63,268 nucleotides of DNA, filler included, from Syncephalis fuscata S228 (GCA_025786725.1; 4 parts of 4 records of this genome joined end to end with filler, not necessarily neighbours in it); one strand, 5' to 3'. Shown: positions 27,883-41,200, counted from the whole stretch's first letter. The notes: generated from the letters alone by a model not told the origin. Numbers and translations: made by a program.

Positions 27883-30072
27883 TTAAATCGCTAAGATAAT
27901 AGAGAATATGACCGTTACAACAGTCGCGCTCAAATTAGTACCACTTAAAGATTGGCCGATGCTTGATGAGCCACTATTAGACGTGTCTTGAGATTGGACA
28001 CTATTTGGTGCATTGAGTTTGGCAGCAGTCCACAAAGGCTTACCATCCTTCCAGCTTTCGGACCAGTCAGACCTGGCTGCATAGTTTGGATTGGTGATAA
28101 CATTGTCTGTACTAGACTTCGGCATTACCCCAATAAGTTCTTCAACTTTTTTGATGGTGACTTGTGATTCTTTACGTTTGGTGGCAAGTGATTTTGCTGC
28201 GCCCGAATAATGTGCAGCTAGACATCGCACATTTGAGGCAGCAAGTGCTGGATTTTCAGCCACTTGCTCCTTAGGTAGACGTATATTAACGACTACATTC
28301 CCGTAATCGGCACTAAAAGTCAAGTCCGTTTTTGGTAGTACATTTGGTAATAGATCAGGTCGATTGCCAAGTGCCGATGGAGAGACATAGTTGTCAATTA
28401 AATTGATTTTGGAATAAAATTCACCAATTGCGCTTTCTTTGTCGCGTGTGGCTTTAATATCGCTGCTGTTCATGCCATTCATCTTCATCCAGTCCTCGGT
28501 CACTGCTTCCGGCCTACGGAGTTGTGTGAGTGAATGACGGTCAGAGCTGTTGGGTAGAACGGCCGCCTTGTTGGCTGTAGAACTACTTTTGCCGTCGATG
28601 CTATATCGAATAATTTCTACAGTGATGACTTTTTCAGCAGAAACTGCTTTACTGCCATTACTCGACAAGTAGATGGTTAGCATGCCAATGGCGCCTTTTT
28701 CCTTTTTACCATCTCCAAGCAGCATCTGTTCACCCGCACCAAGATCTTTTAGCGCTGTGAAGCCGGATGGTGATTCATCAAGCGGAGTAGAGTTTTGGCT
28801 ACTGTTGTTTGCTGCTCCACTTGAAGTCAATTCGACTAAAGCCTTTGTACTATTGGCAGATGTAGAGTTAGAATAAAGTACTTTGAGCGTATTTTCCTTG
28901 ATGTCGACAGATGGTGGCGGCAAATCCTTAATAGGTTTATCAGCAACTTCAGACTTAGGACTCATTGACTCAACCGTTAATTCTGCATATTCATAGCATA
29001 GTGAGCGTGTATCGAGTACATCACTAACACGTAGATTATTCCATGGTTTAATAACATGATCTGATCGGGCCTGACTGCCGTCTCGCATAACGCCCTCAAA
29101 TGTTTTTGCCTGTTTTCCATGGACATTCTGCCATGTTGCCCATATTTTATCAATCATAGCATGATGCATAAAGAATATTGGGTCGGCTACAGAGTGCATG
29201 GTGCTCATGTGCCCTCCAAGACCGATATGCACGCGCGCGTGCAGCACATTTTCTAAAGTTTGATAAAATTCGACAAAATTGGATGTTTGAGTAATAAGCC
29301 GCTGGACTGCCTCTGTGGAGTGAAAAGAATTAATGGAGTTTTTCAAGTCATATTGACGCCGTATGCAGTTTGTTTGAGCGTAATACGGTCGGTATTGGAA
29401 GAACTGTCCAGTGGCTAAGCACTGGTCATTTTCACGGCCATTGCCACCAAAATAGTCTGAACTAAGGATGATGGATGACTCTGGTGCTTGTGAATCGTAT
29501 GACCAGTCCCAATACGGAAGCATGATGGCTGGGTCAATTTTTTGAAGTTCGAGTTCAAATTTGTGAATGAAGAGACGATGCCACGGTAGAAATATGGGGC
29601 TAAAGTGTGCATAACTGCTTGCTTTGTTGTGCTCGTCAACAATTTCGTCATAAATGTTGGGCTGTGTACCGGATTGTAACTTTTTTATAGCTCCAAACAA
29701 AGACTGGCGCTGTTGTTCAGTCAATGTGCGGATTTCTTGTCGCTTTCGAATAGACGCACATTTTGATGGTTTAGCCGGCGATGTACTACTTGAGACGGTG
29801 GTAGCAGGCACCGGCGAGTTTGCAGTTTCTGTAGGAATGCCGGTAACTGCACTATTGGCTCTGGCCACTGGATTAGGCAATGCAGGACTAGATGGTGTTG
29901 ATGCTGGCGAAGAGGATGATGACTGGCCAGCAGTATCGGTTTTGGTTGGTGTAGATTGCGACGAGTCCACAGCAAAAACCTCTTTAAACATACCATTGAT
30001 AGCTAGCAGTATTAATACGTGAATAATACTGATTTGCCATTTTAAAATGTTGTAGGTAGAGAATAGATGCAT
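27883..30072 (-). CDS. Secreted tyrosinase (type-3 di-copper centre), probably GPI-anchored
   Basis: Signal peptide, Ser/Thr/Pro linker, RKRQEIR, CuA EH..YAH..FLPWHR, PYWDW, CuB HARVH..DPIFFMHHAMID, Ser/Gly stretch and hydrophobic C-terminal tail. Confidence 0.92.
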   Translation of the reverse strand: MHLFSTYNILKWQISIIHVLILLAINGMFKEVFAVDSSQSTPTKTDTAGQSSSSSPASTPSSPALPNPVARANSAVTGIPTETANSPVPATTVSSSTSPAKPSKCASIRKRQEIRTLTEQQRQSLFGAIKKLQSGTQPNIYDEIVDEHNKASSYAHFSPIFLPWHRLFIHKFELELQKIDPAIMLPYWDWSYDSQAPESSIILSSDYFGGNGRENDQCLATGQFFQYRPYYAQTNCIRRQYDLKNSINSFHSTEAVQRLITQTSNFVEFYQTLENVLHARVHIGLGGHMSTMHSVADPIFFMHHAMIDKIWATWQNVHGKQAKTFEGVMRDGSQARSDHVIKPWNNLRVSDVLDTRSLCYEYAELTVESMSPKSEVADKPIKDLPPPSVDIKENTLKVLYSNSTSANSTKALVELTSSGAANNSSQNSTPLDESPSGFTALKDLGAGEQMLLGDGKKEKGAIGMLTIYLSSNGSKAVSAEKVITVEIIRYSIDGKSSSTANKAAVLPNSSDRHSLTQLRRPEAVTEDWMKMNGMNSSDIKATRDKESAIGEFYSKINLIDNYVSPSALGNRPDLLPNVLPKTDLTFSADYGNVVVNIRLPKEQVAENPALAASNVRCLAAHYSGAAKSLATKRKESQVTIKKVEELIGVMPKSSTDNVITNPNYAARSDWSESWKDGKPLWTAAKLNAPNSVQSQDTSNSGSSSIGQSLSGTNLSATVVTVIFSIILAI

Positions 30073-31140
30073 GATGGTCACTTTTCAAAACTATTTTACT
30101 ACGTAGCAATAAAGTAATAAAAATTCAACACGGAAAAGCTTAAACGTCAAAAATCTAGATGTATATGAGTGAAATAGCGAAATAGATATGCTAAATCAGA
30201 TTGATGATGAAATTGGTCGTGCGATGACAAGAGATGAAGGAAGGTTTTATGACTGGGTGTCTACAAAATAATTAGTGTGTCATTTAAATAAATATACATG
30301 AATACCGGTTAGGTATTCATTGTAACGCCTAGTTAAAAACTTTTAAAACAGTGTTTGTTCAATTGTTCTCCTAAGGGTCCACTGCCTATTGTATATGTCA
30401 CAAATGGGATACGGAATCATTGAATAAATAGCACGCAAAACAATGGCTGGGACTAACAATGGTATATTCAAAAGTATTAAATGGATTTTAATCTATTGTC
30501 TTAGCAAAATTTACAATTAATCGACTATTTGCGCGTAGTAGATGTTAATGGAAATGCATGCTTAAGTGTGTTGACGATGTAAAAGTCCACTTTCCAAAAT
30601 AAAACAAACAATCATTGGAAGTTTTCATCATGAGCGGTATTTTTACAGAAACATATCAAGCTGTCTTGGATAAAGTTTCAACTTGGTTTTGAGTGTATAG
30701 AATTTGATGTCTGTAACACAACAAACACGATGTTCAAAATGAATTAGGCATTCAAAAGTTTTGTTTCGTCGTTTTTAATGATAATAATATTTTATTCAAG
30801 CAACGTTTAATCATGCGTACAGTTACATGACAATTTACGTGTTGCATAGTTTGAATTATTGCGCTGTTTTATGTAACATTAATATCTTTCCATGACTATT
30901 TTAGTTTAATCTCCGAAAATTTTATAGATGTTACACAAGCTTGTTTTAACAAAATATTACCTGTATTCCATTATACCTTGCTTTACGGTTGGTACAAATA
31001 ATTAGTTCAAAATATTAATCATAGAATGTTTTACAATTAAATTTTAATGTTTATAAAATTCAAATCAACAACTTAGATTATAACATAGACAAATGAGCTG
31101 TTTTTTAGTAAATCTATATGATAAATGCCTAGTGTATTAT

Positions 31141-32241
31141 TTATTTAAAATTATGCAATTGACAAATCAGATTATTGTACTTGAGTTGAATTATCCAATA
31201 AATTGTTAACATAGGCCTGTACATTTTTCCGGTGTTCTTGAATACTCTTCCAAATGCTGAAGTACCTTGGAAAAGGTTTGCCAATGATACAACACCATCA
31301 CTGCCTACCACGGCGCTTAAACTCTTCAGCATGGCTTTGTCGTTATCAACTTGTACACCCGCATCAATGGCCGATTGTTTAAGTTGCACAATTGCCTTGG
31401 CACTATTACTTTGTGTCGGAGTAGGCAGCTCTACAGATTTACCATCGACATCAACTGTAAACTTGGTGGCTTTGTCCGACTCGATTACTCTACGCAACAG
31501 CTCATTGCGATGCCATAATGCAGCCGGTGAAATGTAGCCAGGAACCTGGTTTAGTTGACTTGTAAATTCGTTTCCTTCTTGTTCAAACATACGAATTTGA
31601 GTAATGTTCATATTATTCATTTTGCACCATGATTCTGGAAGGGGAGCCATGGGAGCAGGATGGATCAAGTTGATGCGGTTTGAAGATGCCGCGGTGGCAT
31701 TGGCAATGGTGTTTGTTGACTTATTCTGATCAAATGTATCAGCGCTTCGTTTAACTAAAGCGGGCAATCGGCCTTGGGTATTTTGATTTTCGTATGCTTT
31801 TACCGGATTAGCATAAACATAGCACATGTCATCGCTTTGTGTATCAAGAACACTAGAGACGACGGCGCCCCATGGTGCTAGTTCCATATTTGGGCCCCAA
31901 TTACCAGCCGCCATTGCTTGTTCTGGCCCTCTTGCTTGCCATTGTGCCCAAAATCTATCGACATTGGCATGATGTAGGAAAAATAGTGGATCGGTTGATG
32001 AGGCCATAGTTGCAAATCTGCCACCTATATTAACATGAACACCACTATGCGGTGTGCCTTCGATTCGCGCCCAGAAGTCGTTAAAATTATCAAAGTTTTG
32101 GATTATATATGAAACCTCTTCTGGTGTGCTAAATCTTCTGATTCTGTTACCATTACTGTATTTGCGATAAATACATTGCTTGGATAGTGTCGCTTGTAAC
32201 ATTGGCTTGTAGTCTTTGAATGCACCATCTTGGACGCAGCC
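31141..32241 (-). CDS. Second tyrosinase, 5'-truncated by the contig end
   Basis: GCVQDGAF, EGTPHSGVHVNIGG, DPLFFLHHANVDRFWAQWQ, CYVY; C-terminal domain similar to the neighbour (W.KMN.M; Y.SP.AL). Confidence 0.9.
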   Translation of the reverse strand, partial: GCVQDGAFKDYKPMLQATLSKQCIYRKYSNGNRIRRFSTPEEVSYIIQNFDNFNDFWARIEGTPHSGVHVNIGGRFATMASSTDPLFFLHHANVDRFWAQWQARGPEQAMAAGNWGPNMELAPWGAVVSSVLDTQSDDMCYVYANPVKAYENQNTQGRLPALVKRSADTFDQNKSTNTIANATAASSNRINLIHPAPMAPLPESWCKMNNMNITQIRMFEQEGNEFTSQLNQVPGYISPAALWHRNELLRRVIESDKATKFTVDVDGKSVELPTPTQSNSAKAIVQLKQSAIDAGVQVDNDKAMLKSLSAVVGSDGVVSLANLFQGTSAFGRVFKNTGKMYRPMLTIYWIIQLKYNNLICQLHNFK

Positions 32242-32341
32242 NNNNNNNNNNNNNNNNNNNNNNNNNNNNNNNNNNNNNNNNNNNNTTAATTAATTAANNN
32301 NNNNNNNNNNNNNNNNNNNNNNNNNNNNNNNNNNNNNNNNN
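32242..32341. other. Artificial contig linker
   Basis: N44-TTAATTAATTAA-N44. Confidence 0.97.
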
Positions 32342-32342
32342 T

Positions 32343-32571
32343 AACTATCAGCAAAATGACTGGGATCAACATTTAGCATTAGTTGAATTTGCGTACAATA
32401 ATGCTAAGCAGTCATCAACTGGTAAATCGCCATTCTATACTGATTTGGGTAGCCACCCCTACATGCCAGACGATTTAGTACGACAACACAACTTCGGCAA
32501 CAAAACTAACGTGCAAAGTACTGCTGCATTCCTGCAAAAGATGAATGACATTTATTTAGAAACACGCGAAG
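32343..32571 (+). mobile_element. Ty3/Gypsy integrase fragment
   Basis: NYQQNDWDQHLALVEFAYNNAKQSSTGKSPFY, the conserved end of the Gypsy integrase core; interrupted at TGTAAC (32572). Confidence 0.88.
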
Positions 32572-32909
32572 TGTAACCGTAGATACAGCGAACTGTTGCG
32601 GTTACTACGAGTCACAATACAATAATGTATATAAAATAAAAATGAATATTGAAAGTGAACTAATGTCTTTATTTGTGGTCATAATCATACGCGTATTTAT
32701 ATTGTTCTATTGGATATATGGAATATCTAAGTAGAACAATAAAAGAAAATAAAATAAAAATAAAAGAAAATAAAAGATAAAGATAAAACAATACGCGGTG
32801 GCGGAGTGTTAACTTCATCGTGGACCATGTGTGATGATCGGTGTGTTTAAACACCGATCATAATGTCTAAAAATGGTAATAATAAATGAGAGGGAGAATT
32901 TTTGTTACA
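32572..32909. mobile_element. Composite LTR-like segment bounded by TGTAAC...GTTACA
   Basis: Left ~240 bp match 36231-36485; right ~70 bp match ~39737-39797. Confidence 0.7.
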
Positions 32910-34896
32910 CCTTGCTATTATCAATATATCCAATAAATATACATTCAATACTTTTTGCGTCGAATTTTGCTTGATGTGTATTAATTAACGCGTATGCCTG
33001 ACATCCAAATACTTTTAAGTGTGAAATTGACGGAGTTGTGCCTGTCCATAGTTGATTTGGAATAGCGTTATTGATGGATCTGCTTGGTGACAGATTACGT
33101 ACATGCGCGGCGGTGTGGATGGCCTCGGCCCAAAATGAATTGTTGAGTTGGGCGGCTTGTAGCATAGAACGTGCTGATTCGACTAACGTACGGTTCATAC
33201 GTTCAGCGACGCCATTTTGTTGAGGTGTGTAAGGTGCGCTTGATTGCCAGATAATACCGTGTTTGCTTAGGTATTGTTGCACATTTGTTGCAGTATATTC
33301 GGTACCATTGTCTGATCTTAAAGCTTTAATTTGCTTACCGGACTGCTTCTCAACCATTGTTTTGAATGTCGTAAATGTTTCGAATAGCTGATTTTTGGTA
33401 CGTACAAAATATGTCCATACCTTTCTTGAATAATCATCAATAAAAGTAATGAAGTATTTTGAACCACCTAAGCTAACAGTAGACATAGGTCCGCAAACAT
33501 CAGTGTGAATGAGTGCTAATGGTTCATTTGAACGTGGTGAAGTGGCTGATTTGCTGATAGGTGTATGGTGTTGTTTACCGAGTATACAGGCGGTGCAAGT
33601 TGTTGTTGCATTACTTGTTGGAATGTCAATGCCTGTTACAAGCTTATTGGTAAATAATAGCTGTAATGATTTATGATTTAAATGACCTAATCGTTTGTGC
33701 CATAAATCTAATTGGTTGGCTTTGACTGGTGTGGAAGACAATAAAGTCTTATCGGTAAATTGTTTAAAGTTTAGCCAATACAAGTTATTGGTAAGTTGAG
33801 CCCGTCCTACTGGTTCATCGGAGGGTGAAAGAATAATGCAATCGTGTTTCTTGTTGAATTTAACTGTAAATCCAAGAGTAGTTAATTTTCGCACAGATAA
33901 TAAATTGCTTGCCAGTGTAGGGATGTGTAATACATCGCGTAAAATTGCATGAACGGTAGATCCGTTATATGGTAAATTAATTTCAATTGTACCAATGCCG
34001 ATGGCAGCCATGTTGGAATTATTTGCTGCATAAACAGTTTTTGTTGTAATAGGAGTATATTCGCTGAACCATTCACGTCGGCTGCATTGGTGCTGAGTGG
34101 CACCACTGTCGACAATCCATTTGTGTGTTAGGATGTTATCAGCGTTATCAGAAGTTGCAAATAAATAAGTCTTATTTGTTGATGACTTGTTTGAACGTGG
34201 TGCATTGTTGTTCTTGCGTTTAAAACATTCAGAAATAGTGTGGCCATTTTTGTTGCAATATTTGCACCTTTTTAGAAATTTCTTGTTGTGTTTAGCATCT
34301 GATGTATATAGTGCTAGTTCTTGAGAAGGCTGATTTTCGTTCTTGCGACGTTCTTCTTGTAAGATTCTGTTGGTGACTGTATTAACTGATAGTGATTCAA
34401 TCGATGATTCGATACTAATGATTAAATAATCATATTCATTGGGTAGGCTAGCTAAAATGAGCATAGCTACGTCCGAATCGGAGTGTGGTGCACCAATGTT
34501 GGCTAAATCTTTTGCCATGCCGACTATTTTGTTTATGTGATCACGACAGGATGTACCGGCGGCCATTCTTGTGCTATAAAGGCGGCGGCGTAGAAAAGTA
34601 GCGGCGGCAACACCTTTTGCTTCATATATGTCGGCTACTGTTTGAAGTAATTGTTTTGTTGTCGTGCAATCAGTGACGTTGTCCACTACGTCTCTCGAGA
34701 TTGTTAACATAATTGTTGCTAAGGCCTTGTTGTCCTTTTGGATCCATTTATCGTAAGATGGGTCGTTATCGTGTGGTGGATCTTGGTTGATGGTTTCACC
34801 TAGGTCTTGACTGATAAGTAGCATCTTAATCATCACCTTCCATTGCCGATAGTTTTCGTTGTTCAACTGCTCGATGGATGTGATAGGGCCTGCCAT
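32905..34896 (-). mobile_element. Ty1/Copia gag-protease-integrase ORF, truncated before RT/RNase H
   Basis: LNNENY..W gag, CKYCNKNGHTISEC zinc knuckle, WIVDSGATQH protease, WHKRLGH, HTDVCGP, FIDDYSR, RSDNGTEY, NGVAERMNR. Confidence 0.96.
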
Positions 34897-34969
34897 TGTT
34901 TCGGTATTTTTAAATATAAAATTTCAAAAATAAAGAGATGTAGTGTGGACTGAATTGAGACTCTTAATC

Positions 34970-35276
34970 TGTTGTGGTAAACAGTTAGTTCAATGGGAAA
35001 CAATTGGATATGATTAAATGGATGATGTTTTATTTTATGTGTTTAATTGTTGCTGTATTTATAACAACGTAAGTATATGTAGATAATACTTGTTTTATGG
35101 GAATGGAATGTTATCGAATGTTTGTTGATGTCATTGGACATCAGAAACATTGGGAAGATCTAGATTTTACTTTTCGCTTACTGTATTTAGTAATTATGAT
35201 CGGGAGAATCAGGGTGATGTAATATTCCCAGATATCATAAATGCTGAGTTGTAAATCTAAGAATAGAATTTTAACA
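34970..35276 (-). mobile_element. Probable 5' LTR of the Copia element
   Basis: Bounded TGTTG...TAACA; followed on the minus strand by GATTAAGAGTCT, a degenerate version of the GGTTATGAGCCC-type primer-binding site. A related copy starts at 35308. Confidence 0.6.
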
Positions 35277-38200
35277 GTTATCTTATATATTAAAATAAAG
35301 GAGTTATTGTTGAAGTAGACGGTTAATTCAATGGGGACAGTTGGATATAAGATAAATGGATAATGTTTTATTTTATGTAAAAAGTTGTTGCTGTATTTAT
35401 AGCAATTTGGTATGTGTGTAGGAGATAGTTGAAGTTCAAGTAGTGAGTACTTGTTGTATTGTGATGGAACGTTATAGAATGTTTACTGATTGTCGTATTG
35501 GTGGAGGATTTGGGGAGACGGTAGAGCGAGGTGACAACTATCAATAAACACTGAATATTATTGTGATATCTCCACTTATATTTGTAGCAAGAGGATTAGT
35601 CGTAAGAAAGTCTGTTATTTATTAATTATATGAACTTGGATAGTATTTATATTAATTATTTGAGCTCCGCTCCTAAATACCATCGTTTCCAAGATTGATA
35701 CCACACTGATGTTGTTACTGTTCTATAATTGTCAGGCACATAAGCACCTGACAAAGTCACACGAACACTTTCGTCATCAATTACCATGTGACAATGACGA
35801 TGTTTGTTTGTTGAAACGTATAAAACTTATTCTTAAATAAAACTTAAACTTCCACAATATGTGGCCTGAGAGTGCGTAGAAAATGAATTCTCTTTATTAA
35901 AATGTATGTTATTACAGCTATTTTGAAACGTGTAAAACTTATTCTTTAAATAAAACTAAACTTCCACAATATGTGGCCTGAGAGTGCGTAGAAAATGAAT
36001 TGTCTTTATTAAAATGTATGTTATTACAGCTATAAAATAGCTGTAATTATTGTTAATAATTAGGACAAAATAATGAATAATGTTGCAATTTCCTTATAAG
36101 GAAATCGGTAAGGGATCAGCATAGATCGTCCGTTACCTTTGTGCTACATCGGTAAAAATACACTTTTACCGAAGTAGCAACAATACTACATGTTACAGTT
36201 ATTGATAGCGAGCGGACTTAATATTGCTTTTGTAACCGAAGATACAGCGAACTGTTGCGGTTACTACGAGTCACAATACAATAATGTATATATGAATAAA
36301 AAATGAATATTGAAAGTGAACTCATGTCTTTACTTGTGATCATAATCATACGCGTATTTATATTGTTCTATTTGATATATGGAATATCTAAGTAGAACAA
36401 TAAAAATAAAATAAAATAAAAATAAAATAAAATAAAAGATAAAGATAAAATAATACGTATATACGTAGTGACGGAGTGTGTAACAACCGTAAAACAAGAT
36501 ATAATGGAATAAAGATAATCTCTTATTAAACAGAAATCGTGTATTATTTATAAGCTTTGCGGAGCTTTAAATTAAAGTGTTGTGGGAAAATAATTGCATA
36601 ATATTTAAATTATACTGTAACACCCGGAACTTACCCCGACTCTTTTTCCCAAGTAATATTAATCATTATTAATGGGAAAGTAATATTAAGTCCGCTCGTA
36701 TCCATAATCCCTATTTTACAGTATAAGTACTTCACATTCATAACAAATAATAAAAACATTAGTATTAGTATCAGTATTAATCTTGACTCTACTCCAACTT
36801 TGATTTTATTCTTTATTTTGGTGCCTTATCCAATTAGCAATTAAACCATTGTTGTAAAATTAACAACAGTGCACCAAAAATTTACAATACAATTATTTCC
36901 CGTAACGAATATAATATCGTTACAAATCCAATTCATCGGATTCCACTACTTTTCTCCTTTATTTTAAGTTGCTTCGTCCCTCCACCCACCCAGCCACTGA
37001 CCCTGGTGCCTGTTGTTTGGAACGTTCTGAAACTTTTCTCCGTTTATTTCTACCTTTCTTTCCTATTTGGCCCTAGTGGTCTAGTATCCGATTAAGTGCA
37101 AATTAGTAACATGACCTATATTTCGAGAATAAAAAGTTTTGTCAACAGGCAATAATGCCCTTTCAAAGTCTTCATATACAATTGTTACTATTCCACTGAA
37201 ATTAAAGTAATAAATAAATTATTAATGTTACTGAAACGTATAAAACTTATAATCAAACAAATTAAAATAAACTTTTACAATATGTAGCCTAAGAGTGCGC
37301 AAAAAACGAATTGTGTTTATTAAACGTGTGTGTTGCTAACCATTTTATAGTTGTGCTATTAGTTAGTAAACATACTGTATTAACACGTTAAATACGTTAT
37401 TTTCATATTAGAAAATAGGCTTAAAGGATTATCAGGGGGTTGTCAGGGGGATCATCAGGGATTATCAGTTACATATTTGTTAGAATGAAAAGGGACAATA
37501 GGATGGATTGAATTGAAATAAAATGGACTGTTAATTATTTATTAAAATGTGTTACTGATTTTGGTTATTATATAGTTAGCGGATTCAATTTAGTCACGCG
37601 TTATGATGAAGTGTGATTGTTAGTCATGTGTTTGCATTTAAGCATGATTAACCAAATATGGTAATTAATGTCAGGCAAATACCTGACGGTCAGGGCCTTG
37701 GACATATTGAATGAATGCGGTGCAAACACACGCATTATTTCAATAATATTGATGTTATTGATGGGTGTACAATGAAGGCAATGCAGCTAATATTGCCGTT
37801 ATTTCAACAAAAGGAGAAGAGACTTATTCAAATATTTACTATTTTTTTACTAAATGTAATATGTAAACAATTTGAAATAAAAAAGTGATAATTTTTTATT
37901 TGTATAATAATACTACTGTAATATGTAAATATGAGTAGAGAAAAATGATAATAATCTTTATTTTAAGTAGTAATATTTTTGTCCTGTATATTATAATAAA
38001 AGGAGTTGTTATAGGTGTGTATATTACATTGTATTGTTATCCTCTTGCTTATTTGATCCGTTGGTGGTTAGTAAGCTACTAAATTTCTTGAGTAATTAAC
38101 GATTACACTAGCTTATATAATTTTAAGCTAGATAACACTTGTAATAAAACTAAGAAAAATAAATGGAGTAACTGATAATGTTTATTTAAGATAATAAAAT

Positions 38201-41200
38201 GTATGCTTTTTTATACTAAAATGAGCTGAAGTTAAGAGATATTTGTGAAGAAAGAACTTGTTCGTTCCTTCCGTTTGATGTTGTATATGGGTATTATGTT
38301 ACTTAAAGTGAATTAGTACCCATGTTCTGTACTTAATATGTTAGTTGGGGGTACTAGCCGTGTGTTAAGTAAAAGCTACACAAATGTTGTACCTGATTAA
38401 ATTACGTGACTAGATGCCAAATTAATAATAATTACCATATTCGGTAATAGGTATATAATTTTTTATTCTTTATAATTAGCTGGTGTGAGACAACGGTCCG
38501 TAGGACCTATCCGCTTTAGGCAGAACTTGCCTGCCACATGGCATGTGGGGCTCCTCAGTTGGCTATTATTTGGGTGGGTGGTGGTGGTTGCTGTCGCTGT
38601 GCTAGTGGTAGTCTTAGTCCCTGCAGTTATTCGGCATTGTGTATTCTTTTCTGTGTGCCATCCAGTGTTGCATTGTTGCCAGAGTACCATAGTATAGCAT
38701 GTGTAACATGTATAATGTTACATTGGTCACAATAAGGCCAATTTAACGTTATACATAAACATTATATTACATTGTACATTACAATGTAATACACACGCCT
38801 ATAGTTACTCTATTTTTTAATATATAAGTTAACAATATTTTATTTTAGTTATTTAGCTTGTGGGCCAACGTTTCGTTGTCTTATTTCCAACGAAGCTTCC
38901 CACCTAGAGTGTTATTATTTCACTCTAGTCGGGCTAGACCGCCACGTCTATATAAGTTAACAATATTTTATTCTAATAAATAACAATTATCCACTTTCCA
39001 TCAAATCTAAATATTACATTGTCCATCTCATAAAGACCTGAGAGTAGCTACTTAACATAAGTGTCCCAGTGTTTACAGTTTACATTATTTTATTATCCAA
39101 ACTGTGTGTGTGATCACCTTACGATCTGTAAGGCTATCACTTCGCCCCTCTCTCCCCCTTTACTCTCCGTTCCTAGTGTGTGTGTGTCTAACAGCCTTAC
39201 ACCTACCATGCATAATGTAACGCGGGTATAGACTCGAGGTAACCGTTACTAAGAACAGGAGAGGGATATACTCCAAGTGAGTACATTATACGAGAGGTAA
39301 TCGTGGGATAAGATAATGTTTTATTTGGTTAATAATAACGACGCGTTATATAGCATCTATTGTGGGGTAACTATAGGTGTGTATCTGACATTGTCAGGCA
39401 CATGGGGTAGATTAGTAGTCATGTACCTTACTTTGTAGAGTACTTGTACTATACCGAAGGTATATAGGCCTCTTAGACTAATAATAGGCCAGCTATTATT
39501 TGCTCAACTCATTTGTCTTTTAGTATGTATAAGCCATAAACGCTTAACAATAAATGCATTCCCATCAGGGCCTATACAACATAACAATTATGCTGTATAA
39601 CTAATATCTAATAATAACATTTTTTTACTTGCATGACTTAAAAGCAGTTATAAAACAAAAGTAAATTAACAACTAATAAACAATATCCATTTATCCCATA
39701 TCTAACTGTCTCATTGAATTAACCGTTCACTTCATCAAACACCGATCATAACATCAAAAAAGGTAATAATAAATTGTGTGAGGGAATTTTTGTTACACTC
39801 GGACCCAATTATCGCTTCAAAGCCAACGTGTGGTTGGTCTTCTGCTATTTTGTCCAGATTATTTGTGTTGTTACTATTCCACTAGAAGTAGAATAATAAA
39901 CAGATTACTAATATTATGCTTGATCTTGAATGACCTATAATGTTAGTAATTAGTGTTATCTAAGACTTACTTAATTGTTTTTGTAAATAAAGATTATCAA
40001 CCTTTAATTAATAATTTCCACCGAAGTAGAATAAATGACTAAAATAGTGTTAACTCAGATAAAAAGATCAGTTCAGTCTAGCAATCACTGCAAGACTGAA
40101 ATGATCAAAAAGGTTCAAAATTCAAATAAAATAAAAAGAATTTAAAACCAAGATAATATTTATTAAGATTAAAAATATGATTGCCATTTTATAGCAAATG
40201 GTCTTGAATATTACGAAGGAAGAACTTGAACGGCTTGTCTGTTCAATTTCTTCTTCAAGCGATATGGGGCCAGTTTTACTTTAATAAGTAAGATGGTGCC
40301 GTGAATCGTAGATATTTATAGGCGCTATGCTTTTTGCCAAGAGTTGGAAGTAATGTAATGTTAGAATCGTCGTATCCTGGCTGGAAAAATAAACTTTTTT
40401 TTATAAACTGGTGTTAATCACCATATTTTATTATAATAAAAAGTATTACAAAACAAGTAAAATAAAATATGATTTAGTAATTAAACCAGGTTGCGAAGTG
40501 TAGGTACTTTTTGTGTAAGCTTGTGTGTGTAAAGACGCTTTGAATTAATTTGAGTTATTTATAGATGGTGTTAAGGGCACAATCAGAGTATTATTAAATA
40601 TTACTCTGTTGCACCCATTTACCCCTCCACCTCTTTCATAGCTGAACCATTGGCAATTACCAGTTGCCCACGTCTTTTCAAATACGTTGTAATCGTTGGT
40701 TCGTATTGCATCTTTAGATGACTTCGGATCCGGTTTATAATTTTGTTAATAATTGAGACAAATAATTATAATGTTGTAATTTCTCTATAAGGAAATCGTA
40801 AGGATTGTAACACGTACTTCGCGTGAGCTGAACGTGTACTAGTGTTGGAATTGAAAGGAAATCGGAATTGTTCTTATTAGAATAAAATGTGTTAACTTAT
40901 ATATTGGAAATAAAGAGTATTATAGGCGTGTGTTTACATTGTAATGTACAATGTAATATAATGGGGGTATGTGTAACGTTAGATCGGCCTTATTGTGATC
41001 AATGTAACATTGTACATGTTACAGTAATTGATGTCAGGCAATTGCCTGACGATCAGGGCCTTGGACAAGTTGAATGAATGCGGTGTAAATACGCGCATTA
41101 TTTCAATAGTTACAGATATCAAAAAATAAAACTTTTTTTTACACTATTACTCCTTGATTATTTCTGGTTGGTTACAGCCATGATGTGGGTAAGAGAAAGA

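Noticed and set aside
32572-36485. Direct repeats at 32572 and 36231 as the paired LTRs of the Copia element
   Set aside because: There is no target-site duplication, the Copia has its own LTR/PBS-like junction at 34970, and the ORF is cut mid-pol.
38463-38735. GC-richer short ORFs inside the LTR nest
   Set aside because: No recognisable domain; probably an internal retroelement remnant.
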